Shown here: piece after piece, positions 27,347-38,065 of the stretch
How the letters are laid out: each line of letters starts with the position of its first letter
Numbering within the stretch: position 1 is the first letter of the stretch
DNA from: Proteiniphilum sp.
Lineage (GTDB): Bacteria; Bacteroidota; Bacteroidia; Bacteroidales; Dysgonomonadaceae
Reading direction: 5' to 3'
Length of the DNA stretch: 64,000 nucleotides
Assembly (NCBI GenBank): GCA_028709605.1
Contig: JAQVWR010000001.1
Location: 2,662 to 66,661 of the forward strand
Position numbers and translations under genes: made by a program
Notes under the pieces: generated by a model
The model's input: only the letters and a program-made list of their open reading frames with translations
Databases searched by the model: none
Told to the model about the DNA's origin: nothing

Positions 27347-29017
27347 ATGGAATGGTTTGTTGAATTAATTAGCGGATCGGGTATCGCTCATTCGATCCTC
27401 GTGCTTGCATTAGTAATTGCCGTCGGCTTGTTGCTGGGTAAGATTAAAATCTTCGGGATCTCACTGGGTACCACCTGGATCCTCTTTTTTGGAATTTTCC
27501 TCGGCCATCTGGGCCTCCACATCGACGCTGAAGTGCTTCATTTCCTGAAGGAGTTCGGACTGATCCTGTTTATCTACTCCATCGGGATGCAGGTGGGCCC
27601 CAGCTTCTTCTCTTCCTTCAAACAGGGCGGCGTCACACTCAACCTGCTGGCAACGGGGGTTGTCCTGCTCGGGGTGACGGCCACCTGTGTCATTCATCTG
27701 GTCACCGGATTGCCCATCGCCACCATGGTCGGCATTCTTTCCGGGGCTGTAACCAACACACCCGGTCTGGGAGCTGCACAACAGACATTTAGCGATGTAA
27801 CCGGCACCACCAATCCCACCATCGCCACGGCGTATGCCGTAGCTTACCCGCTGGGGGTCGTGGGCATTATCCTGTCGCTCGTGCTGTTCCGTTATCTCTT
27901 CCGCATCAATCTGTCGCAGGAGAACAGCACGCTGGATGAGATGGATGACTCGAAGCTGACCGAAGCGCATATGTTCTCCCTGAGCGTGATGAATCCCGCC
28001 ATCATGGGCAAGAATATCAGGGAGATCAAGAAACTGACCGACAAAGAATTTGTAATATCAAGGGTATTGCATGCCCATACCGGAGAACTGGCTGTACCTC
28101 AAACGAATACGAAGCTGAATGAAGGAGACAAAGTGCTGGTGGTCTCCAATCTGAAAAATATTGATGCGATAGAAGCACTGATCGGTCACCGTATCGACAT
28201 GAACAGGGAGGAATGGGAAAAACTGGATTCACAGCTGATCTCCCGCAGGATCTCCATCTCCAAGTCGGGAATCAACGGACGCTCCATCGGGAACCTGCGG
28301 CTACGGAATCTCTTCGGAATCAACATTACCCGGGTGAACCGTGCAGGTGTAGACCTGATCGCCGACTCGCGGCTGCAACTGCAGCTGGGTGACCGCGTGA
28401 CCGTGGTAGGCTCCGAGGAGGCGATCGCCAATGTGGAGAAGTTTCTGGGAAATTCAATGAAACGTCTCCGTGAGCCCAATCTGATCTCCATTTTCATCGG
28501 TATTGCATTGGGAGTACTGGTAGGAAGCATCCCCTTTATGATTCCCGGCATTCCACAGCCTGTGAAGCTGGGACTGGCCGGGGGGCCACTTATTATCGCC
28601 ATCCTGATCAGCAGGTTTGGGCCCCGATATAAACTGGTCACCTACACCACCATGAGTGCCAACCTGATGCTGCGTGAGACCGGCATCGCCATCTTCCTTG
28701 CCTGTGTGGGCCTGGGTGCCGGCGCTAACTTTGTTGAAACCGTTGTCAACGGCGGCTATCTGTGGATCGGCTACGGCATGATCATCACGGTGGTACCGGT
28801 GTTGATCATTGGCCTGATCGGCAGAAAAATCTGCAAGCTGAATTATTTCTCTCTCATGGGGCTGATTGCGGGAAGCATGACCGACCCACCGGCGCTGGCC
28901 TTTGCCAACGCTTCTGCCGGGAATGATCTGCCTGCCGTGAGCTATGCGACGGTCTACCCGCTGACCATGTTTCTCAGGGTGATCACTGCCCAGCTGCTGA
29001 TTCTCATTTTCCTCTGA
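27347..29017 (+). CDS. AspT/YidE/YbjL family transporter with two TrkA-C domains
   Basis: GAVTNTPGLGAA, YAVAYPLG, GSMTDPPALAFA, YATVYP; two membrane halves around a soluble region. Confidence 0.85.
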   Translation: MEWFVELISGSGIAHSILVLALVIAVGLLLGKIKIFGISLGTTWILFFGIFLGHLGLHIDAEVLHFLKEFGLILFIYSIGMQVGPSFFSSFKQGGVTLNLLATGVVLLGVTATCVIHLVTGLPIATMVGILSGAVTNTPGLGAAQQTFSDVTGTTNPTIATAYAVAYPLGVVGIILSLVLFRYLFRINLSQENSTLDEMDDSKLTEAHMFSLSVMNPAIMGKNIREIKKLTDKEFVISRVLHAHTGELAVPQTNTKLNEGDKVLVVSNLKNIDAIEALIGHRIDMNREEWEKLDSQLISRRISISKSGINGRSIGNLRLRNLFGINITRVNRAGVDLIADSRLQLQLGDRVTVVGSEEAIANVEKFLGNSMKRLREPNLISIFIGIALGVLVGSIPFMIPGIPQPVKLGLAGGPLIIAILISRFGPRYKLVTYTTMSANLMLRETGIAIFLACVGLGAGANFVETVVNGGYLWIGYGMIITVVPVLIIGLIGRKICKLNYFSLMGLIAGSMTDPPALAFANASAGNDLPAVSYATVYPLTMFLRVITAQLLILIFL

Positions 29018-29210
29018 ATGAGCGGTTCATCCCGAAGGGTAGGGTGTTTTTATCGCAATCGTTTGCACACGATTCTATCGAAAAGATCCTGCCCCCGGGT
29101 TTGTTTGTACCCGAATCATTGTAGATTTGTCGTTCAACTGCAATCAGGTAATACGCACGTCATTTCAGTGGGATCTGTCCCGTGATCCTGAACTTCATAA
29201 AAGGATTGGC

Positions 29211-31883
29211 ATGGCTCTTCTAACTTTTCAACTCAACTATCAAACGACGTGGGGACAGCAGGTCTGCCTCTGCGGCTCGACACCTGAACTGGGACTGTTC
29301 GATGAAGACAAAGCTCTGGTGCTCAACTGTCAGGGTGATGTCTGGACCGCGAGTGTGCCAATGACAGTAACAGAACCCATCCGATACTTTTATCTCATAC
29401 GACAAGGAAACAGCACCATCCGAAGGGAATGGGGAAACCACCGTAAGCTGCATGTCATCAAAGGCAGAAAGAAATTCACGGTGCAGGATCACTGGAAAGA
29501 TAAACCTTCTCATGCATATCTCTACTCGTCTGTTTTTACTGACAGCATCTTTTTTCATGAGAGAGAACCACTCCCTACAAGGTATTTTTCCCGGAGCGTC
29601 ATACTGCATGTGATCTGCCCCTATGTGAACCGGAGTCAGGTGTTGGTTGCATGCGGGGAATGTGAAGCATTGGGCTGCTGGGATCTGCAGAAAGCCCTGC
29701 CGCTGTCCTGTGTGGATCACGGTGAATGGCAGATCGTGCTGGATGCAAAGCGTCTCCCCGAAACAAGTGAGTATAAGTTTGCGATTGTCGATGGACTGAG
29801 CCGAGAAGCGGTCCACTGGGAAGAGAGGGAAAACAGGATCCTCGACGCCCGCCCGGCACAACAGCAGAGCAGCGTGTTGGCACTGATGTCATTGTCGTAT
29901 CACTACCCTCATTTTTCCTTTAAAGGTACCGGCACGGCTATCCCCGTCTTCTCCCTCAGAACCGGCCGTAGCTTCGGCATCGGTGATTTTGCCGACCTGC
30001 GGAAAATGATCGACTGGGCGGCACTTACCCGCCAGCAACTGATCCAGCTGTTGCCTGTGAACGATACCACCTCCACCAAAATATGGAAGGACTCCTATCC
30101 CTACAGTGCCATCTCCAGCTATGCCTTACACCCCATCTACCTTGGCTGCAGCGATTATCCGCTGAAAAACCGGCAGAGAAGCAGGGCATACCTCGACGAG
30201 GCAGCACGTCTGAACCGCCTGAATGAGATCGATTACGAACAGGTGTGGCAGCTCAAGTCTGCATATACGCGCGATCTGTTTCTCCAGGAGGGAGGAAAGG
30301 TGCTCGCTTCGGAGGAATATCACACCTTTTTTGAGAAAAACAAAGAGTGGCTTTTTCCCTATGCCTGCTACTGCATCCTGCGCGACAGGTACCGGACTGC
30401 CAACTTCAGGGAGTGGGGCGTGTTCGGGGCATATGATCCGGAGCAACTGAACAGAATGCTGGAGGATGATCCCTCGGCCCAAAATGAATCATTGTACTGG
30501 TTTTTTGTACAGTACCTGCTCCACCGCCAATTCTCCGGCGTGAGAGAATACGCACATGAAAGAGGTGTCACGCTGAAGGGGGACATCCCCATCGGGATCG
30601 ACCGTGACAGCGTCGATGCATGGATGGCCCCCCAACTGTTTCATATGGACACCCAAAGCGGGGCACCACCCGATGATTTCTCTTTCTTCGGTCAGAACTG
30701 GGGATTTCCCACCTATAACTGGCATGCCATGGAAAAGGAAGGCTTTGCCTGGTGGATCAGTCGTTTCCAAAAAATGGCCGACTACTTCGATGCCTACCGC
30801 ATGGATCATATCCTCGGCTTCTTCCGCATCTGGGAGATCCCGCTGCATGCCGTACAGGGACTGCTGGGACATTTTAGCCCCGCCTTGCCGTACTGGCCGG
30901 AAGAGATCAACCGTGCCGGCATCCCCTTCGATGAGGAACGAATGGTGCAGCCGTTCATCCATGAACAGTTCCTGCCGGATATCTTCGGGGAGTATACCGG
31001 TGAGGTGAAAAGCAAATACCTGGATACAGCCGGGTGGCAGCGCTTCCGGTTGAAACCGTTTTGTGATACCCAGCGAAAAATCCAACATCTCTTTGAGGAA
31101 GCGCAGGATGAGAAATCGGCCCAGCTGCGCGACGGGCTTTATTCACTGTGCACGGAGGTCCTCTTCGTAAGAGATCCGCTCGCCCGGAACTGCTTTCATC
31201 CGCGCATCACGGCACAATGCTCCTATTCCTACCGTTATCTCGATGATCGGGTGAAGGAGGCATTTAACCGTCTTTACAATGAGTTCTTCTATCACCGGCA
31301 CACTTACTTCTGGCGCGAGCAGGCAATGCGGAAGCTGCCGGTGTTGATCTCATCCACCTCCATGCTGCCCTGCGGCGAGGATCTGGGGATGGTACCTGAT
31401 TGCGTGCCCTCGGTGATGCAGGAGCTGCAGATGCTCAGCCTGGAGATACAGCGCATGCCCAAGGACCCCCGGGCAACGTTCACCGACCTGCAGCGGTTGC
31501 CCTATCTCTCGGTATGCACCACCTCTACGCATGATATGTCGCCCCTGCGCCAGTGGTGGAAGGAAAACAGAGAGGTGACGCAACGATATTTCAACGAGGT
31601 GCTGCACCATGAAGGAAGGGCACCGGAAGAGTGCGATATAGGCCTCTGCAGAGAGATCATTGAGGCACACCTCCGGTCATCCGCCATGTGGGTGATCCTT
31701 CCCTGGCAGGACTGGATGTCGCTCGATGAGAGGTTGCGCAATCCCGATGTGGCGGCCGAACGAATCAATATCCCCGCGAACCCCGAGCATTACTGGAGGT
31801 ACCGGATGCACCTCTCTCTCGACGAGCTGGTGAAAGAAACAGCTTTCAACCGACAGATTGCAGCAATGAACGGGCGGAGATAG
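29211..31883 (+). CDS. malQ: 4-alpha-glucanotransferase (GH77) with N-terminal CBM20-like modules
   Basis: IPVFSLR, QLLPVNDT, SYPYS, KGDIPIG, GAPPDDF, QNWGFP, RMDHILGFFRIW, GEDLG, STHD. Confidence 0.92.
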   Translation: MALLTFQLNYQTTWGQQVCLCGSTPELGLFDEDKALVLNCQGDVWTASVPMTVTEPIRYFYLIRQGNSTIRREWGNHRKLHVIKGRKKFTVQDHWKDKPSHAYLYSSVFTDSIFFHEREPLPTRYFSRSVILHVICPYVNRSQVLVACGECEALGCWDLQKALPLSCVDHGEWQIVLDAKRLPETSEYKFAIVDGLSREAVHWEERENRILDARPAQQQSSVLALMSLSYHYPHFSFKGTGTAIPVFSLRTGRSFGIGDFADLRKMIDWAALTRQQLIQLLPVNDTTSTKIWKDSYPYSAISSYALHPIYLGCSDYPLKNRQRSRAYLDEAARLNRLNEIDYEQVWQLKSAYTRDLFLQEGGKVLASEEYHTFFEKNKEWLFPYACYCILRDRYRTANFREWGVFGAYDPEQLNRMLEDDPSAQNESLYWFFVQYLLHRQFSGVREYAHERGVTLKGDIPIGIDRDSVDAWMAPQLFHMDTQSGAPPDDFSFFGQNWGFPTYNWHAMEKEGFAWWISRFQKMADYFDAYRMDHILGFFRIWEIPLHAVQGLLGHFSPALPYWPEEINRAGIPFDEERMVQPFIHEQFLPDIFGEYTGEVKSKYLDTAGWQRFRLKPFCDTQRKIQHLFEEAQDEKSAQLRDGLYSLCTEVLFVRDPLARNCFHPRITAQCSYSYRYLDDRVKEAFNRLYNEFFYHRHTYFWREQAMRKLPVLISSTSMLPCGEDLGMVPDCVPSVMQELQMLSLEIQRMPKDPRATFTDLQRLPYLSVCTTSTHDMSPLRQWWKENREVTQRYFNEVLHHEGRAPEECDIGLCREIIEAHLRSSAMWVILPWQDWMSLDERLRNPDVAAERINIPANPEHYWRYRMHLSLDELVKETAFNRQIAAMNGRR

Positions 31884-31915
31884 TCCCTCTGCTCATTCTG
31901 TAGTACCCACCCTCA

Positions 31916-31951
31916 AAAAAAGAGACTGTTCGGCCGAACAGTCTCTTTTTT
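31916..31951. terminator. Bidirectional intrinsic terminator between malQ and fba
   Basis: Perfect 36-bp palindrome AAAAAAGAGACTGTTCGGCCGAACAGTCTCTTTTTT. Confidence 0.9.
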
Positions 31952-31972
31952 AATCGATACAGGTCTGGAGCA

Positions 31973-32965
31973 TTATGCTTTTCCGGCACTGCCCAGCACC
32001 TTTTCTGTTTTGTGCATGTAGAGTTTTTTCAGCTCCTCGCGGGCAGGTCCCAAGTATTTGCGGGGATCAAACTCAGCCGGCTTGTTGGCAAACACCTCGC
32101 GAACGGCAGCAGTCATGGCCAGACGTCCGTCGGAGTCGATGTTGATCTTGCAGACAGCCGACTTGGCTGCTTTACGCAGCTGCTCTTCGGGAATGCCGAT
32201 AGAGTCCTTCAGCTTGCCGCCATATTGGTTGATGGTTGCCACATACTGCTGCGGTACGGATGATGATCCGTGAAGCACAATCGGGAACCCGGGAATCCTT
32301 TTTTCGATCTCTTCGAGAATATCGAAACGCAATGGTGGCGGTACCAGCACGCCGTCCTTATTGCGGGTACACTGCTCGGGCGTGAACTTGAAAGCTCCGT
32401 GTGACGTACCAATCGAGATTGCCAGTGAATCGACGCCGGTACGCGACACAAAGTCGACTACATCATCCGGTTCGGTATAGGTGTGATGTTCTGCCTGTAC
32501 CTCATCTTCAATACCGGCCAATACACCCAGTTCACCCTCTACGGTTACATCATGCTGATGGGCATATTCCACCACTTTTTTGGTGAGTGCCACGTTCTCT
32601 TCATAGGGAAGATGGGAACCGTCGATCATCACCGAAGAGAACCCGCTGTTAATACAGTCTTTACAGAGTTCGAAGCTGTCTCCGTGGTCGAGATGCAACA
32701 CAATCGGGATCTCATATCCCAATTCTTTGGCATACTGCACGGCTCCCTGTGCCATGTAACGCAACAGCGTCTGGTTGGCATATTTACGGGCGCCGCTCGA
32801 CACCTGCAAGATCACGGGCGATTTGGTTTCCACACAGGCTGAAATGATGGCCTGCAACTGTTCCATGTTGTTGAAATTAAAGGCAGGAATGGCATAACCG
32901 CCGTCAACTGCTTTTTTAAACAACTCTCTTGAGTTTACGAGACCCAATTCTTTATAACTTACCAT
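31973..32965 (-). CDS. fba: Class II fructose-1,6-bisphosphate aldolase
   Basis: PAFNFNN, LHLDHG, SVMIDGS, VEGELG, GTSHG, VLHG, KINIDSD. Confidence 0.95.
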   Translation of the reverse strand: MVSYKELGLVNSRELFKKAVDGGYAIPAFNFNNMEQLQAIISACVETKSPVILQVSSGARKYANQTLLRYMAQGAVQYAKELGYEIPIVLHLDHGDSFELCKDCINSGFSSVMIDGSHLPYEENVALTKKVVEYAHQHDVTVEGELGVLAGIEDEVQAEHHTYTEPDDVVDFVSRTGVDSLAISIGTSHGAFKFTPEQCTRNKDGVLVPPPLRFDILEEIEKRIPGFPIVLHGSSSVPQQYVATINQYGGKLKDSIGIPEEQLRKAAKSAVCKINIDSDGRLAMTAAVREVFANKPAEFDPRKYLGPAREELKKLYMHKTEKVLGSAGKA

Positions 32966-33270
32966 GAGCTTAATTGTTTTTTATTTGGATTATAATCAAA
33001 ATTCGTATGGCAAAAATACGATTAAATCCGCAATTAATGAAATTATTCCACGAAAGAGTCACAAAAAATGATTACAAAACCATAAAAAATAGAAAAGAAA
33101 CAGGTTGGATAAAAAATCTTAAAACAAGTTGGTTTTTTTATTTTTTTCATATTTTTGTAACTGTTGATCAGCAATGTGCCCATTATCTTCCCCACAAGGA
33201 TGGAGTCACATGCGCGGCAATGAGTCTCCTTTTCTAATATTATTATTATCAACATCTTACAATTTTTATT

Positions 33271-34377
33271 ATGATTATTGGAATACCGAAAGAGATTAAA
33301 GTGCAGGAAGGTAGGGTTGCCATGACTCCTGACGGTGTGATGGAACTGACCCGTAAAGGGCACAAAGTGTATGTCCAGAAAAATGCAGGGGCCGAAAGCA
33401 ACCTGCCGGATGAACGTTACCTGCAGGCAGGAGCCCTTCTCGTCGACACGATCGAGGAGGTGTATACCCTGGCCGACATGATTGTAAAAGTGAAAGAACC
33501 ATTGGAAAGTGAATACCGTTTGATCCGAAAAGGACAGGTGGTGTTTACCTATTTCCATTTTGCCTCAAATAAGCGACTCACCGAAGCAATGATCGAAAGC
33601 GGTTCCGTATGTATTGCATATGAAACGGTGATGGACTCACACAGGGCTCTGCCGCTGCTCACTCCCATGAGCGAGATAGCCGGCAGGCTCTCCCTGCAAC
33701 AGGGAGCGAAATATTTAGAGAAGCCGCAGGGGGGCAAAGGAATCCTGTTGGGAGGTGTGCCGGGAGTACATCCGGCAGAAGTGGTCATCATCGGTGCCGG
33801 CGTGGTGGGACACAATGCCGCTCAGATGGCTGCCGGTATGGGTGCCAACGTGAAGATACTGGATATCAACCTGAACCGCCTTCGTTATCTCTCAGAGATC
33901 CTACCTCCAAATGTGAAGACTCTCTACTCTACGGAGATGTCCATCAGGGAGTCACTGAAAACGGCGGATCTGGTGATCGGGGCTACGCTGGTGGTCGGGG
34001 CCCGGGCGCCTCACCTGGTGACACGGGAGATGTTGAAAGAGATGTCGCCCGGCACGGTAATGATCGATGTATCGGTCGACCAGGGAGGATGTTTCGAGAC
34101 CACCCATCCTACCACACATGCCGACCCGATCTATGAAGTGGACGGCATCATTCACTATTGTGTGGCGAACATACCCGGGGCAGTACCCATCACGTCGACC
34201 CGTGCCCTGACCAATGCCACGCTGCCGTATGTGATCAGGCTTGCTGAAAACGGATGGGAAAAAGCATGCCGGCAGTATGAGGATCTCCGATATGGTTTGA
34301 ACATCCTCCATGGTGATGTGGTGTTCAAAAATGTAGCAGACTCATTGCATCTGCCCTATAAAGCGATCAGATGGTAA
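33271..34377 (+). CDS. ald: Alanine dehydrogenase
   Basis: GIPKEIK, KVKEP, PMSEIAG, GAGVVG, DQGGCFET, CVANIPGAV. Confidence 0.95.
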   Translation: MIIGIPKEIKVQEGRVAMTPDGVMELTRKGHKVYVQKNAGAESNLPDERYLQAGALLVDTIEEVYTLADMIVKVKEPLESEYRLIRKGQVVFTYFHFASNKRLTEAMIESGSVCIAYETVMDSHRALPLLTPMSEIAGRLSLQQGAKYLEKPQGGKGILLGGVPGVHPAEVVIIGAGVVGHNAAQMAAGMGANVKILDINLNRLRYLSEILPPNVKTLYSTEMSIRESLKTADLVIGATLVVGARAPHLVTREMLKEMSPGTVMIDVSVDQGGCFETTHPTTHADPIYEVDGIIHYCVANIPGAVPITSTRALTNATLPYVIRLAENGWEKACRQYEDLRYGLNILHGDVVFKNVADSLHLPYKAIRW

Positions 34378-34440
34378 AGAGTAGGAGAGGAGACAGGATG
34401 GCTCAGAACAATCATCGTACAAGGTGAGAAGAGATCACAC

Positions 34441-34480
34441 GCAAAAGGGATCAATCGTAAAAGATTATCCCTTTTTGCTT
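34441..34480 (+). terminator. Intrinsic terminator after ald
   Basis: GCAAAAGGGAT...ATCCCTTTTTGC stem followed by T-rich sequence. Confidence 0.7.
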
Positions 34481-34560
34481 TGCAGATCAGAAAAAATTAA
34501 TTTTCTTTGTTTACCTTAATATGGAATCTTTTTTAACGGGATCTGATTCACAGCGTAACA

Positions 34561-34869
34561 ATGGAACATTTTAACAAGGAGACCGAAATACAGATAGAGC
34601 TGAGCGATGAAGTTGCTCAGGGTGTCTATTCCAATCTGGCCGTCATATCACATTCGGCATCGGAATTTGTGGTGGATTTCATCCGCATCGTGCCGGGAGT
34701 GTCGAAAGCGAAAGTCAAATCCAGGATTATCCTCACCCCTGAACATGCAAAACGGCTGCTGCAGGCCCTGAAGGACAATATCGACAAGTTCGAGCAACAG
34801 AACGGTCCGATCCGCCTTCAGAGTGATTCCGGCTTTCTGCCGCCCATCGGAGGAATCGGACAGGCCTGA
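34561..34869 (+). CDS. DUF3467-like small protein
   Basis: GVYSNLAVISHS..EFVVDF..KVKSRIILTPEHAKRL..NIDKFE pattern. Confidence 0.8.
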   Translation: MEHFNKETEIQIELSDEVAQGVYSNLAVISHSASEFVVDFIRIVPGVSKAKVKSRIILTPEHAKRLLQALKDNIDKFEQQNGPIRLQSDSGFLPPIGGIGQA

Positions 34870-34901
34870 GATACATCTTTTTATCAACTGTCACGGCAAG
34901 T

Positions 34902-35150
34902 ATGGAATTTGAAAGCAACAGACCTGCGACACAATACAACTGGTTTACCATGTTTCGGGCCGGGTTCACCAGCATGACCCGCCTCGGCAAAACCCTCTGG
35001 ATCGTGGTGATTGTGAAGCTGATCATCCTGTTTTTCATTTTAAAACCCTTCTTTTTCCCCAACCTGTTGGATACGACGTACGACAATGATGCCGACAAAG
35101 CACGGCATGTCTGTAGGGAACTGTATCACAAGGCGCCATCCACAGAATAA
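34902..35150 (+). CDS. DUF4492-like small membrane protein upstream of cydA
   Basis: GFTSMTRLGKTLWIVVIVKLIILFFILKPFFFPN single TM; position before cydA. Confidence 0.75.
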   Translation: MEFESNRPATQYNWFTMFRAGFTSMTRLGKTLWIVVIVKLIILFFILKPFFFPNLLDTTYDNDADKARHVCRELYHKAPSTE

Positions 35151-35173
35151 TCAAGAAGTAGAAATCAACCGCT

Positions 35174-36751
35174 ATGGATCTAATAAGTGCATCTGCAGTC
35201 AATTGGTCGAGGGCGCAATTCGCACTCACGGCAGGCTATCACTGGCTGTTTGTCCCACTCACCATCGGACTGGGACTCATCATGGCCGTTATGGAAAGTC
35301 TCTATGTAAAAACCGGGGATGAAAAATGGAAAACCGTCGCCACATTCTGGCAGAAGATCTTCGGTATCAATTTTGCCATCGGCGTGGCCACCGGCATCAT
35401 CCTCGAGTTTCAGTTCGGCACCAACTGGTCGAATTACAGCTGGTTTGTAGGAGACATCTTTGGTGCCCCGCTGGCCATTGAAGGAATCTTGGCCTTCTTC
35501 CTCGAAGCCACCTTTATCTCGATCATGTTCTTCGGATGGAACAGAGTGAGCAAAAAGATGCACCTGACCTCTACATGGCTGGTGTTCATCGGTGCATCGC
35601 TCTCGGCCTTCTGGATCCTGGTAGCCAACGCCTGGATGCAGTACCCCACCGGCATGGAGTTCAATCCGGAGACGGTCCGCAACGAGATGGTCGACTTCTG
35701 GGCCGTGACATGCTCTCCTGTGGCATACAACAAGTTTCTGCACACCACCTTCTCCTGCTGGGCTGTGGGTGCTGCTTTTGTCGTAGCCGTCTCGGGATGG
35801 TACCTGCTGAAAAAGAGACATACCGACTTTGCATGCAGGAGCATCCGGATCGGCTCATTAGTCGGACTGGTCGCCTTCGTCATGCTGGCCGTCACCGGTG
35901 ACGGGTCCGCCTATCATGTGGCACAGAAGCAGCCGATGAAGCTGGCCGCCATGGAGGGTCTCTATGAAGGCAAAGAGGGTGCCGGGCTGGTAGCCATGGG
36001 CATGCTCAACCCTGCCAAACAAGCATATAATGATGAAACGGATCCCTATATCTTCAAGATCGAACTGCCCAAGCTTCTCTCATTGTTGGGCTACCGAAAC
36101 ATCCATGCGTTTGTGCCCGGCATCACGGACATTGTGGACGGAGGCTACACCCTTTCCGACGGTACCACGGCGCTCTCCTTCCGGGAACGCAAGGAGCGCG
36201 GAGAACTGGCTATCAGGGCGCTGGCCGACTATCAGACAGCCAGAGAGCAGGAACGCGATGCCGACGCAGCCAACCAGGAGAGCATCCTGCGCGAAAACTA
36301 TGCCCACTTTGGATACGGGTATCTCGACACAGCGGAGGATCTGATCCCCAACGTACCGCTCACCTTCTACAGCTTTCACCTGATGGTGATGATCGGGGTC
36401 TACTTCATTCTCTTCTTCCTGGTGATGCTTTACTATACCGGTAAAAAAGATTTGCACAACAGCCGGTGGCTGCAGTACGTGGCACTGTGGAGCCTGCCAC
36501 TGGCCTATCTGGCCTCCCAGCTGGGATGGGTGGTGGCAGAGGTGGGACGTCAGCCCTGGACCATCCAGGATATCCTGCCCGTGCAGGCGGCCTCCTCCGC
36601 GATATCATCCCACAACGTGGTCACCACCTTTATCCTGTTTGCAGTCCTGTTTACCGGACTGCTGGTTGCGGAGGTGACGATCATGGTGAAACAGATCAAA
36701 AAGGGCCCGGAACCTGCCGCGCAGGAGAAAGTATCACATCCACAGGGTTGA
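35174..36751 (+). CDS. cydA: Cytochrome bd ubiquinol oxidase subunit I
   Basis: HWLFVP, EFQFGTNW, ANAWMQYP, QPMKLAAME, EVGRQPW. Confidence 0.96.
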   Translation: MDLISASAVNWSRAQFALTAGYHWLFVPLTIGLGLIMAVMESLYVKTGDEKWKTVATFWQKIFGINFAIGVATGIILEFQFGTNWSNYSWFVGDIFGAPLAIEGILAFFLEATFISIMFFGWNRVSKKMHLTSTWLVFIGASLSAFWILVANAWMQYPTGMEFNPETVRNEMVDFWAVTCSPVAYNKFLHTTFSCWAVGAAFVVAVSGWYLLKKRHTDFACRSIRIGSLVGLVAFVMLAVTGDGSAYHVAQKQPMKLAAMEGLYEGKEGAGLVAMGMLNPAKQAYNDETDPYIFKIELPKLLSLLGYRNIHAFVPGITDIVDGGYTLSDGTTALSFRERKERGELAIRALADYQTAREQERDADAANQESILRENYAHFGYGYLDTAEDLIPNVPLTFYSFHLMVMIGVYFILFFLVMLYYTGKKDLHNSRWLQYVALWSLPLAYLASQLGWVVAEVGRQPWTIQDILPVQAASSAISSHNVVTTFILFAVLFTGLLVAEVTIMVKQIKKGPEPAAQEKVSHPQG

Positions 36752-36772
36752 ACGAATTAACAGAAAAGAATC

Positions 36773-37927
36773 ATGATCACGTACGAATTTCTACAAAAAT
36801 ATTGGTGGTTCATCATGTCACTCCTCGCGGGAGTATTGGTGTTTCTGCTCTTTGTGCAGGGAGGCCAGTCCATGTTGCATTCTCTCTCCAGAAAAGAGGA
36901 TGAGAAAAAATTGCTGGTGAATGCCCTCGGACGGAAGTGGGAATATACTTTCACCACGCTAGTCACCTTCGGGGGCGCTTTCTTTGCCTCCTTCCCGCTG
37001 TTTTATTCCACCAGCTTCGGCGGTGCCTACTGGGCCTGGATGATCCTGCTCTTCTGCTTTGTGCTACAGGCAGTCTCCTACGAGTTCCAGTCCAAGCCGG
37101 GTAATATCTTCGGAACAACGACCTATCGCATTTTCTTGTTTATCAACGGACTGCTTGGCACCTTCCTGCTCGGGGTGATCGTCGCTACCTTCTTCACCGG
37201 TTCTGAGTTCACGGTGGGTAAAGGGAACATCGCAGGACTGGGCGTCGCCGGCCCCGTCATCAGCCAGTGGCAGAACCCGTTGCACGGACTGGAGCTTCTG
37301 GCTGACCTGAGAAACCTCTCACTGGGATTTGCCGTCTTGTTCCTGGCACGCACCCTGGCCAACCTCTTCTTTGTGAACCGCCTCAATCATGAGGTGCTGG
37401 AGCAACGCTCCCGCAAGTTTGTGCTGTTCAACGGATTGCCGTTTGTGATTTTCTTCCTGATCTTCCTGGTGCAGATACTGATTGCCGACGGTTATGCCGT
37501 GAACCCTGCCACACAAGAGATCTACCTGGAACAGATGAAGTACCTCCACAACTTTATCGACATGCCGGTGATCATGGCCTTGTTTCTGCTCGGTGTGGCG
37601 ACCGTGCTCTACGGCATCATCCGGACGGTTTTCGACTCGGACTTCAAAGGGGGGATTTGGTTCTCCGGTGCGGGTACTATCGTCACCGTCACCATGTTGT
37701 TGCTGGTAGCCGGATACAACCATACGGCGTATTATCCCTCATCGGTCGACCTGCAGAGCTCACTGACGCTGCAGAACTCCTCATCGAGCGAGTTCACTCT
37801 CTCCGTAATGGCTGTCGTCTCGCTGCTGGTGCCGGTGGTGGCCGCCTATATCTTCTATGCCTGGAGGGCACTGGAACGAAAGAAACTGAGCCTGGAGGAG
37901 CTGCACAGCGACGGTCATGCATATTGA
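36773..37927 (+). CDS. cydB: Cytochrome bd ubiquinol oxidase subunit II
   Basis: Polytopic membrane protein after cydA; GRKWEYTFTTLVTFGGAFFASFP; SLTLQNSSSS. Confidence 0.93.
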   Translation: MITYEFLQKYWWFIMSLLAGVLVFLLFVQGGQSMLHSLSRKEDEKKLLVNALGRKWEYTFTTLVTFGGAFFASFPLFYSTSFGGAYWAWMILLFCFVLQAVSYEFQSKPGNIFGTTTYRIFLFINGLLGTFLLGVIVATFFTGSEFTVGKGNIAGLGVAGPVISQWQNPLHGLELLADLRNLSLGFAVLFLARTLANLFFVNRLNHEVLEQRSRKFVLFNGLPFVIFFLIFLVQILIADGYAVNPATQEIYLEQMKYLHNFIDMPVIMALFLLGVATVLYGIIRTVFDSDFKGGIWFSGAGTIVTVTMLLLVAGYNHTAYYPSSVDLQSSLTLQNSSSSEFTLSVMAVVSLLVPVVAAYIFYAWRALERKKLSLEELHSDGHAY

Positions 37928-37942
37928 GCAGCTGGGACCTGA

Positions 37943-37979
37943 AAAAAGGTAGATGTATGGTTTGTGCATCTGCCTTTTT
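37943..37979 (+). terminator. Intrinsic terminator after cydB
   Basis: AAAAAGGTAGATGTA / TGCATCTGCCTTTTT stem. Confidence 0.7.
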
Positions 37980-38065
37980 GTTTCAGAAACTCATTTTAGC
38001 ATTCCAAACAGGTCTGATCTCAATAAAAAGTGTAATTTTGTAATGATTATAACAGCTATCTTTAT

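Noticed and set aside
33043-33558. 171-aa minus-strand ORF
   Set aside because: Overlaps ald antisense and the AT-rich divergent promoter region
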